The position numbers were made by a program, and so were the translations under genes. A stretch of 63,968 bases of DNA, the filler included, from Actinomycetota bacterium (GTDB lineage: Bacteria > Actinomycetota > Acidimicrobiia > IMCC26256 > VFJJ01), in NCBI GenBank assembly GCA_009886115.1. It is 4 parts of 4 records of this genome, joined end to end, with 100 filler letters (N's around TTAATTAATTAA, not from the genome) between each part and the next. Parts side by side here need not be neighbours in the genome. Positions count along the whole stretch, not along the records: positions 41,644 to 61,392 come from VFJJ01000058.1; 3 more parts are not named here. The stretch is one strand, 5' to 3'. Every line of letters starts with the position of its first letter. The stretch's first letter is position 1. Below are positions 50,658-57,993 of this stretch, piece by piece. The notes under the pieces are model-generated. The model searched no databases and was not told the origin of the DNA. It was given only the letters and a program-made list of their open reading frames with translations.

Positions 50658-51397
50658 CATGGCCGGTCGTCGCGCGCGAGCCGGTGAAGCTGCCGGCGCT
50701 CCCGGGCTATGACGCCGATCTGTGGTTGGCGTTGATCGAGCTGACCGATGTGCGGCCGGGGGAGTGGACGCTCATCGGCGGTCAGATGGTGCTGCTGCAC
50801 GCGCTCGAACACGGTGTCGTGCCGCCGCGCGTGTCGACCGATCTCGATGTGCTCGTGAACGCGCGCGTGGTCACCGGCGCGGTGCGGCAGTTCGTCCGCT
50901 CGATCGAGGCGCGAGGGTTCGTACTGGAAGGCGCATCTCCCGACGGGATCGCGCATCGCTATCGACGCAGCGGTGTGAGCATCGACGTGCTCGCGCCCGA
51001 AGGCGTCGGCGCTCGCGCGAGTCTCACCACCACACCGCCTGGGCGCACGCTCGAGGTGCCGGGCGGGACGCAAGCGTTGGAACGCACCGAGTTGGTGCCG
51101 GTGGAGTTCGACGGCACGCACGGTCTGGTGCCGAGGCCATCGTTGCTCGGCGCGATCGTGGGCAAGGCACTTGCGGTCAGCGTCGACGACGTGCCCGACG
51201 CGCAGCGCAGCGACCTCGCGCTGTTGCTGAGCCTCGTCGCCGACCCGCTGCGCATGGCCGGCGAGCTCACGCCGAAGGACCGCAAGCGACTAGGTGCGCG
51301 CACCGAGATGCGCGATCCCGACCTGCGCGCTTGGCGCATGCTGACGCTCGACACCGCCGACCGCGGGCGGGCCACCTTCGCGCTGCTCACGCGGTGA
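50654..51397 (+). CDS. Nucleotidyltransferase-fold putative toxin (type IV TA / AbiEii-like)
   Basis: WTLIGGQMV..H, R.STDLD, IDVLAP, K and D motifs; ATGA overlap with the antitoxin gene. Confidence 0.65.
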   Translation: MTWPVVAREPVKLPALPGYDADLWLALIELTDVRPGEWTLIGGQMVLLHALEHGVVPPRVSTDLDVLVNARVVTGAVRQFVRSIEARGFVLEGASPDGIAHRYRRSGVSIDVLAPEGVGARASLTTTPPGRTLEVPGGTQALERTELVPVEFDGTHGLVPRPSLLGAIVGKALAVSVDDVPDAQRSDLALLLSLVADPLRMAGELTPKDRKRLGARTEMRDPDLRAWRMLTLDTADRGRATFALLTR

Positions 51398-51559
51398 TGC
51401 GTGTCGGCGGGAGCGCAGTGTCGCTTGTCATCACGGTGTCATCAGAAGTCCCGGAAACAGCCGCGAAATGACAGCATCAGTGGAACGACGGTCGACTTGC
51501 ACTGCCTCTGATCAGGGTGAACGCGAGATTCAAGCAACGCTTGGAACGGCCCCGGCGGC

Positions 51560-51581
51560 GTTCAAGTCCCCCCTCCGACAC
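51560..51581 (+). repeat. tRNA-Leu 3'-end copy (att-like) 1
   Basis: GTTCAAGTCCCCCCTCCGACAC; one mismatch to the tRNA. Confidence 0.85.
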
Positions 51582-51888
51582 GCTTGGTTTGTACACGGTT
51601 GAGGCCTCAACGCGATCCTCAACGTGGCTGGTCAGAGGGTTGCTCCCTGGCGCGGGGTTCAAGTCGGTAGGCGGCCGAGACCACGGTCTAGCGGCGTCTC
51701 GTTGAGCTGGTCCTCGGGTTCGCTGACGCGGTTCGAGCGGGTATGCGCGTGACGGTCAGTGCGCCGCGCGCCGTGGCGGTGGCGCTTCGCTCGCCTGCGC
51801 CGCTCCCTCGACGACAAGGCCCGCCGAACCCGTCGACTTGATCGAAGTGGTGCGCTGCCCATCCCGTGCACCCGACGAGTGAGCGCGA

Positions 51889-52827
51889 TCAGAGCGTGCG
51901 GAGTGCGCGCCGCCGGTCGGCGAAGGCGCGTGCCGCGACCTGCAGGCCGGGGATGCGGTCGAACCCGTGTGGGCATCCAGGATGCACGTGAAGTTCTACG
52001 TTGGTCCCCGTCGCCGCGATGCGACGGGCGTAGTCGATGCTCTCGTTGCGGAAGATGTCGAGGTCGCCGGTGTCGATGTAGGTGGGTGGGAGTCCCGACA
52101 GGTCCGTGGCTCGTGCGGGCGCTGCGGATGCGGGTACGTCGTCGGTGCCGATTGCGTCGCCGAGCAGCGCGTGCCAGCCGGTGTAGTTGTTGTCGTACGA
52201 CCACCCCGCAGCGAATGGGGCCAGCTCGGGATCGGCCACGGTCGTGCGGTCGTCGAGCATGGGGTAGACGAGGACCTGACGGGCGAGCGCGACGCCACGA
52301 TCACGCGCCAACAGCGCGACACCCGCGGCGAGTCCGCCGCCGGAGCTGTCGCCCATGATCACAACGCGCGCCGGGTCGACCCTGAGCTCGTTGGCGTGCT
52401 CGAGCAGCCACGGCACGGCGGCGAAGCAGTCCTCGACCGGGGTCGGGTGGGGGTGCTCAGGTGCGACCCGGTAATCGACTGAAAGGAAGGGCACGCCGGA
52501 ATCAGCCGCGTAGCCCGCTACGAAGCGGTCGTAACCGGCCACGGACCCCGCGATCATCCCGCCACCGTGCAGGTACACGACCGCGGGACCGGCACCGCGG
52601 TCGGATGCAGGGTCGTACCACCGCACCGGGATCTCGGTGCCGTCGTAGGAGGTGATCGTCCGATCGGTCCGGGCCACCTCTTCGTGTTCGGGGAGCCGTG
52701 ACTCGACCAGAGCGAGGGCGGCGTCGCTCATCTCGCGCAACCCGCGCCAGTCGTCGCGCAGTGCGGGCGCGCGCGGCGGAGCGTTGCGCATGATCGCGAG
52801 CAGTTCGGGGTCGAGCTGGTACGCCAT
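51889..52827 (-). CDS. Alpha/beta hydrolase (HSL-family esterase)
   Basis: YLHGGG, DYRVAPEH, GDSSGG, YPMLDDR and HGF motifs. Confidence 0.92.
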   Translation of the reverse strand: MAYQLDPELLAIMRNAPPRAPALRDDWRGLREMSDAALALVESRLPEHEEVARTDRTITSYDGTEIPVRWYDPASDRGAGPAVVYLHGGGMIAGSVAGYDRFVAGYAADSGVPFLSVDYRVAPEHPHPTPVEDCFAAVPWLLEHANELRVDPARVVIMGDSSGGGLAAGVALLARDRGVALARQVLVYPMLDDRTTVADPELAPFAAGWSYDNNYTGWHALLGDAIGTDDVPASAAPARATDLSGLPPTYIDTGDLDIFRNESIDYARRIAATGTNVELHVHPGCPHGFDRIPGLQVAARAFADRRRALRTL

Positions 52828-53286
52828 GTCAGCCAGCCTCGCGCAACGGACACGAGCACGCTCACGCGTCGGCAGTTCGAGGTCACGAGAGCAGCAGACC
52901 TGCGAACCCCGGCGGGCTGTTGCTTCGGATATCGACGGGCGGCTCGTTCAGCCCGGCGTAGTCTCCCTTGACTGATTGCGCGGCCTCAGTGAGAACTCGA
53001 ACGGGCTGGTCGACAGCATGGCGGCGACGTTCGCCCACACATCGATGCGTCCGTAGCGATCGAGCGCGGCGCCGGCCAGCGATTCCGTAGGTCATTCACG
53101 GCGACGCGGCCGCGGAGATCGAACGCCTCGATGATTGGTGACTCCGTGATCACCCCTTCGTCGTGGCCAGCCCGGACGCGGTGTGCCACCGAGGTTCTAA
53201 GCCGGGCATTGGCGTCATGGGTGCTGCGTCGTAGTTGCCGCCGGCGTTGGTTGATTCCACTCTGTTGTCAGGGTACCCTGACGTCT

Positions 53287-53604
53287 ATGGGTGTGATTTC
53301 GGTAGAGGCGTTGCCCGCGGATCCGTTGGACGCGTTGCGTGAGCTGTCTCGTGGTGAAGCGGAACTGGATCGGCTCCGCGCTGACCGCGTTCGCGCGGCA
53401 CGCGCTGCGGGTGCCTCGTGGGAGCAGGTGGGGGAGGCGCTGGGCGTTACTCGTCAGTCGGCGTGGGAACACTTCACGGCGCGGACGAGGGCTGAGCTCG
53501 CCGCGAACGCTGACGCGAATACTGAGCTGAGCGATGACCAGGCAACAGCGCTCGCGGTTGACGAAGTGCGCTCGGCGCGTGCGCGTCGCCGGACGCGCCC
53601 GTGA
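53287..53604 (+). CDS. HTH putative antitoxin
   Basis: ARAAGASWEQVGEALGVTRQSAW HTH; GTGA overlap with the PIN gene. Confidence 0.7.
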   Translation: MGVISVEALPADPLDALRELSRGEAELDRLRADRVRAARAAGASWEQVGEALGVTRQSAWEHFTARTRAELAANADANTELSDDQATALAVDEVRSARARRRTRP

Positions 53605-54021
53605 GGGTGGTGCTCGACGCGAACGTGTTCGTGTCTGCAGCGATCGGCAGCGGTCCGTCGCACCGGATCGTGCAGCGATGGCTCCGAGGTGGTTCGTTCG
53701 AAGTCGTCATGTGCCCGACGCTTGCTGGCCGAGATCGACGAGGTGCTGACCGGTCGGGAGCGGCTGTGGCGATGGATCGACCTTGGGCTCGCTGAGCGGT
53801 TTGTCGAAACGCTTCGCACCCCGGTCGATCTCGTTGACGATCCAGACGAGGTGGTTGTCGCGACACGCGATCGCGATGACGACTATCTCGTTGCGCTCGC
53901 GCGGGCGCATCATGCGGACTTCATCGTCACCGGTGACCGAGACCTGCTCGAGTGGACAGATCAGCAACCACCAGTGATCACGCCAGCGGCATTCGAGACG
54001 CTGCTCGCGGCCGCAGACTGA
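53601..54021 (+). pseudogene. PIN-family putative toxin, frameshifted near 53720
   Basis: RVVLDANVFVSA in one frame continues as LAEIDEVL..RDRDDDYLVALA..IVTGDRDLL in another. Confidence 0.78.
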
Positions 54022-54121
54022 CCGGCCGAACGAGGCAGGCGCGCTGCGCCAGGCGAGTGAAAGCGGCGGGTCAGCGGCTATGCCGCGTGCAGCCAAGACT
54101 CCCATGGATCGCGTGTACTAC

Positions 54122-54147
54122 GGGTTACAGTCCCCCCTTCGACACCA
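54122..54147 (+). repeat. tRNA-Leu 3'-end copy (att-like) 2
   Basis: GGGTTACAGTCCCCCCTTCGACACCA; two mismatches to the tRNA. Confidence 0.85.
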
Positions 54148-54502
54148 TCGCTGACCTGTGGAAATGCTCTCGGAGCGACTGCTCGAAGCTCGGTGATCAG
54201 GGTCCGTGGTCACGGATTGGTCACAGAACTTCTGAGCCTGGTCACGGGAGACGAGCGAGGGGAGCTCGAAATCCCGGCACAGTTTGGGACGTGGTCGTGC
54301 AGAACGCCGGGGTCGGTGATGTCCATCGCTCCCGCTCTCGTCTATCGCTCAGCCATCGCCGTCTTCCGTCTGCGCCCCTCGTGCGCGGCCCTGGTCGACC
54401 GCCTCATCTCGCTACGCACCGGCCGGAAGGCGGTGCAAGCGTGGACCCCGCACGAGTGATATCTTGCGATGCCATCTGTGATATCAAGAGCGAGGAGGTG
54501 TG

Positions 54503-54706
54503 ATGACACGAACGCTGGTGGACATCGACGACGAAGCGCTGGCCGCGGCGGCAGCGGAACTGGGCACCTCGACGAAGGTCGAGACGGTGAACCGCGCCCT
54601 CGCAGAGATCGCGGCCCGGCCCCGGCGCCTCGCCGCCCTCGAACGGCTGCGCACCGCTGAGGATGACCTCGGTGACGTCGACGTGATGCGCGGAGCATGG
54701 CGCTAG
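54503..54706 (+). CDS. vapB: VapB-family antitoxin
   Basis: TRTLVDIDDEALAAA..ELGT.TK.ETVN.AL; GAGGAGG SD; GTGATATC boxes at 54456 and 54478. Confidence 0.88.
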   Translation: MTRTLVDIDDEALAAAAAELGTSTKVETVNRALAEIAARPRRLAALERLRTAEDDLGDVDVMRGAWR

Positions 54707-55128
54707 GCAAGTACGTCGCCGACAAGTCGGCCTTCGAGCAACAGCGCCGCAGTGAGGCTGCCGCCGGGTTGCTGCGTGCCCTCACCGCAGACGGGGCGCT
54801 CTACATGACTGAGATCGTCGCCCTCGAACTGCTCTACTCGGCCCGCAACGCCGACGACTACGAGGCTCGTTGGGACGACCTCGGAGCGCTGCCGTGGCTG
54901 CGGCTCACCGAGGCGGTGGCGGCTCGAGCGCTCGACATCCAGCGTCAACTTGCCGGCATCGGGCAGCACCGGCGTCCGATCCCGGACCTGCTCGTCGCGG
55001 CGACGGCGCTCGAGCACGACGCCACGGTTCTTCACTACGACCACGACTTCGACCTCATCGCCGGGTCGACCGGACTCTCCGCGCGCTGGATCATCCCGGC
55101 CGGCACTGGCCGCGGCGCCACCTCCTGA
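54697..55128 (+). CDS. vapC: VapC PIN ribonuclease toxin
   Basis: YVADKSA, E.LYSAR, IPDLLVAA and VLHYDHDF motifs. Confidence 0.9.
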   Translation: MALGKYVADKSAFEQQRRSEAAAGLLRALTADGALYMTEIVALELLYSARNADDYEARWDDLGALPWLRLTEAVAARALDIQRQLAGIGQHRRPIPDLLVAATALEHDATVLHYDHDFDLIAGSTGLSARWIIPAGTGRGATS

Positions 55129-55161
55129 CCCTTCCCTCGACACAGGCCGGCGGGTGTGTCG

Positions 55162-55192
55162 CTCGTGGGGTTCAAGTCCCCCTCCGACACCA
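55162..55192 (+). repeat. tRNA-Leu 3'-end copy (att-like) 3
   Basis: CTCGTGGGGTTCAAGTCCCCCTCCGACACCA versus tRNA CTCGTGGGGGTTCAAGTCCCCCCTTCGACACCA. Confidence 0.85.
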
Positions 55193-55692
55193 GCGCTGAC
55201 CAGGGGAAACGTAATCGGAAGACCACCTGGAGGCTCGACGTCCAGGGTCCGTGGTCACGGATTGGTCACGGATTGGTCACGCGGACCACCCCCGACCGCC
55301 GGGTTGCCAATGCCCGATGCAGCGTGCAGGTGCCGGGTCCGACGCCTTGCGCTGAGTCAGCCGCTTTCGCCGAGGATCAGGTCTGGTTGTGGGCCGCGAT
55401 CCAGGCGAGACGCCCCCGCTCACCAGTACAAACACCAACAACCCGCCGAAGTCCAGACTGGGTCTTCCTACTTGCCTTACACAGGCAGCCTCAACCCAGT
55501 GGCGGGGCAGATAGGCCGGCCGTTTGTGGGCAGAAACGATCGGCCTTGACACGTGTGCTATACTACAGGGTGATCACTTCAACGCTGAAGTTGTAGTGAG
55601 TGAGACGCTAGGTTTTGGGTCACTACAACGTGTCTTAGTGTCCCCTTGGCTCGACGCCTCGCCCGGTTCCAGCGATGAGTGGATGGTCGGGT

Positions 55693-55730
55693 TGATGGTA
55701 GTGGGATCAGATGATGGTAGTGGGATCAGA
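55693..55730 (+). repeat. 19-bp tandem duplication TGATGGTAGTGGGATCAGA
   Basis: Two exact copies. Confidence 0.8.
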
Positions 55731-55903
55731 GCGGTGTAGTAGCGGTTCATACCAGGGGCGGTGGGTTTGTAGCTTCCAGGACGACGGCTGACCTCCCCCC
55801 CCCTCACCCCCGGCGCGGCGGCGATCTCGGCCCCGACAGTCGCGATCGCGGATTCGGGTGTGACGCTGGGCGATGAACCGGCCCTCCAGACAGAGCGGGG
55901 TCC

Positions 55904-57694
55904 ATGAATGACACACCACCAGCGAAGCTGCGGCGCGTGACGATCGATCTCGACGGAGCGGCGCGGCCCGTTGGCCTTCCGAAGGCACCAACGGGGATCA
56001 TCGGCTTGGACGAAGTGACCCTCGGCGGGTTCCCACGGGAGCGAGCCACGCTCGTGTGCGGGCCAGCTGGCTGCGGCAAGACGATGCTTGCAACCGAGTT
56101 CATCGTGCGTGGCATCACGGAGTTCAACGAACCCGGGGTGTTCGTCGCGTTCGAGGAGACGGCAGCGGCCCTCACGGTCAACATTGCGTCACTTGGGTTC
56201 GATCTCGCTCAGCTCGAGGCGGATCGCCAGCTCGTGATTGATCACATCGGTCCCATCGAAGGCCATTTGGACGGGTCAGGCGAATGGGACCTCGGTGGTC
56301 TGTTCATCAGGCTCGGTGTCGCGATCGATGCAGTCGGCGCTAAGCGGGTGGCGATCGACTCGATTGAAACCCTATTCGGTGCGTTCACCAACACCTCCGT
56401 GCTCCGCACGGAGCTGCAACGATTGTTCGGGTGGCTCAACGCACGCGGTGTCACGTCGGTAATCACCGGTGAACGGGGCGACGGCACACTGACTCGCTAC
56501 GGCATCGAGGAGTACGTGTCTGACTGCGTGATCGTTCTCGATAATCGCGTGACGGAGCAGATGTCTACTCGACGCTTGCGGATACTTAAGTATCGCGGCT
56601 CGCTGCATGGTACGAACGAGTTCCCGTTCCTCATCGGCGAGTCGGGGATCTTCGTCTATCCGGTGACATCGCACGCGCTGCAGCACAGCGTGACCTCCAA
56701 TCGAGTGTCGAGCGGCGTCGCCCATCTTGATGCGATGCTCGATGATGGCGGCTTTTATCGGGGCAGCACGGTGCTCGTGAGTGGCACGTCCGGGACCGGC
56801 AAGTCGACGCTGGCGGCACAGTTCTGTGTGGCTGCGTGTGCTCGTGGTGAGCGGGTGCTGTACTACGCGTTCGAGGAGTCCCCGCAAGAGATCATCCGCA
56901 ACATGGAGTCGGTTGGGATCGACCTGAGGAGCGGGATCGACGCCGGGCTGCTGCGGCTCGAGTGCTTTCGCCCGAGCCTCATGGGTCTGGAATCGCACCT
57001 CTTCTCGATGCAGAAGCTGGTGCGCGAGTTCCAACCGCAGATCGTGGTGAAGGACCCGATCTCCGACCTCTTCCGGTTTGGCTCACCGGTCGACGTGTCG
57101 GCGTTGCTCACCCACGAGGTCGACTTCTTGAAGGCGGCGGGGGTGACGGCGATGTTCACCAGCCTCGTCTCCGACCTCGCCACCAGTCGAGGCAACCTAG
57201 AGATCACCTCGCTCATCGATACGTGGGTGCTGATGCAGACGGTGGAGGGCAATGGTGAGCACAACAGGATGCTCTCCGTGCTGAAGTCCCGCGGCATGGC
57301 GCACTCGAACCAGATGAGGGAGTTCTTGCTGACGGATGCCGGTATCGAGATTGCCGATGTCTACGTCGGTGCGCAGGGAGTGCTCACCGGCTCGGCGCGA
57401 CAAGCTCAAGAAGCCAAGGAGCGCTCTGACGACGCCGCTGGGGTCGTGGCGGTCGCGCAGCGCAGGGCCGAACTTACCCGACTGCGGCAATCGGTCAGCA
57501 TGCAGGTCGCCGAGTTGTGGCGTCAGTTCGAGCAGGCAGCCGATGCCGTCGAGCGCTTGGCGGCCAACGACTCCACAATCGTCTTGGATCGGGCTGGTCA
57601 GCGCGCGAAACAGGGAAGCTTACGGGGGGGGGCCGGTTCTGTCGCCGAGTTTGGTGTCGTTGGTGTCGATCCCCACAGCGTCGGTGTGCAGTGA
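55904..57694 (+). CDS. kaiC: Circadian clock protein KaiC homolog (double ATPase)
   Basis: GPAGCGKT/AFEE, EEYVSDCVI.L, KYRGSLHGTNE, GTSGTGKS/AFEES and LKSRGMAHSNQ motifs; C-terminal helical extension. Confidence 0.95.
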   Translation: MNDTPPAKLRRVTIDLDGAARPVGLPKAPTGIIGLDEVTLGGFPRERATLVCGPAGCGKTMLATEFIVRGITEFNEPGVFVAFEETAAALTVNIASLGFDLAQLEADRQLVIDHIGPIEGHLDGSGEWDLGGLFIRLGVAIDAVGAKRVAIDSIETLFGAFTNTSVLRTELQRLFGWLNARGVTSVITGERGDGTLTRYGIEEYVSDCVIVLDNRVTEQMSTRRLRILKYRGSLHGTNEFPFLIGESGIFVYPVTSHALQHSVTSNRVSSGVAHLDAMLDDGGFYRGSTVLVSGTSGTGKSTLAAQFCVAACARGERVLYYAFEESPQEIIRNMESVGIDLRSGIDAGLLRLECFRPSLMGLESHLFSMQKLVREFQPQIVVKDPISDLFRFGSPVDVSALLTHEVDFLKAAGVTAMFTSLVSDLATSRGNLEITSLIDTWVLMQTVEGNGEHNRMLSVLKSRGMAHSNQMREFLLTDAGIEIADVYVGAQGVLTGSARQAQEAKERSDDAAGVVAVAQRRAELTRLRQSVSMQVAELWRQFEQAADAVERLAANDSTIVLDRAGQRAKQGSLRGGAGSVAEFGVVGVDPHSVGVQ

Positions 57695-57993
57695 ACTCGC
57701 CAACGACTCAGTTCTTGTACCTCCGGCTCTACGTGGCCGGTCAATCGATCAACTCGTCGCGGGCGCTTGTGAACATCAAGTGGTTGTGCGAGCTGGATGC
57801 GGCGGGTCGCTACGAGATCGAGGTGATCGATCTGGTCGAACAACCGGCGCTTGCTCGGGCTGATGACATCGTCGCGATTCCGACGCTCGTCCGGCGCCTG
57901 CCGCCCCCGGTGCGCAAGATCATCGGCGACTTGTCCGACATCGAGCGAGTTCGTGTCGTACTCGACCTCAATCCGGAGCCGTGCTCCACATGA
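57691..57993 (+). CDS. kaiB: KaiB homolog
   Basis: LRLYVAG..NS.RA..N, EVIDL.EQP.LA..D.I.A.PTLVR.LP.P.RKIIGDLS; GTGA overlap with kaiC. Confidence 0.95.
   Translation: MNSPTTQFLYLRLYVAGQSINSSRALVNIKWLCELDAAGRYEIEVIDLVEQPALARADDIVAIPTLVRRLPPPVRKIIGDLSDIERVRVVLDLNPEPCST

Noticed and set aside
52986..53189. Short ORF containing AFDLRGRVAV (SDR-like start)
   Set aside because: Similarity stops before the TGxxxGxG motif; at most a tiny remnant.
49270..55280. Repeated tRNA-like segments and 11-bp repeats as a CRISPR array or extra tRNA genes
   Set aside because: Spacing is kilobases with genes in between, there are no cas genes, and the copies contain only the T-arm and 3' acceptor strand.
55546..55564. 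TTGACA...TATACT sigma70-like promoter
   Set aside because: The hexamers are only 7 nt apart instead of about 17.
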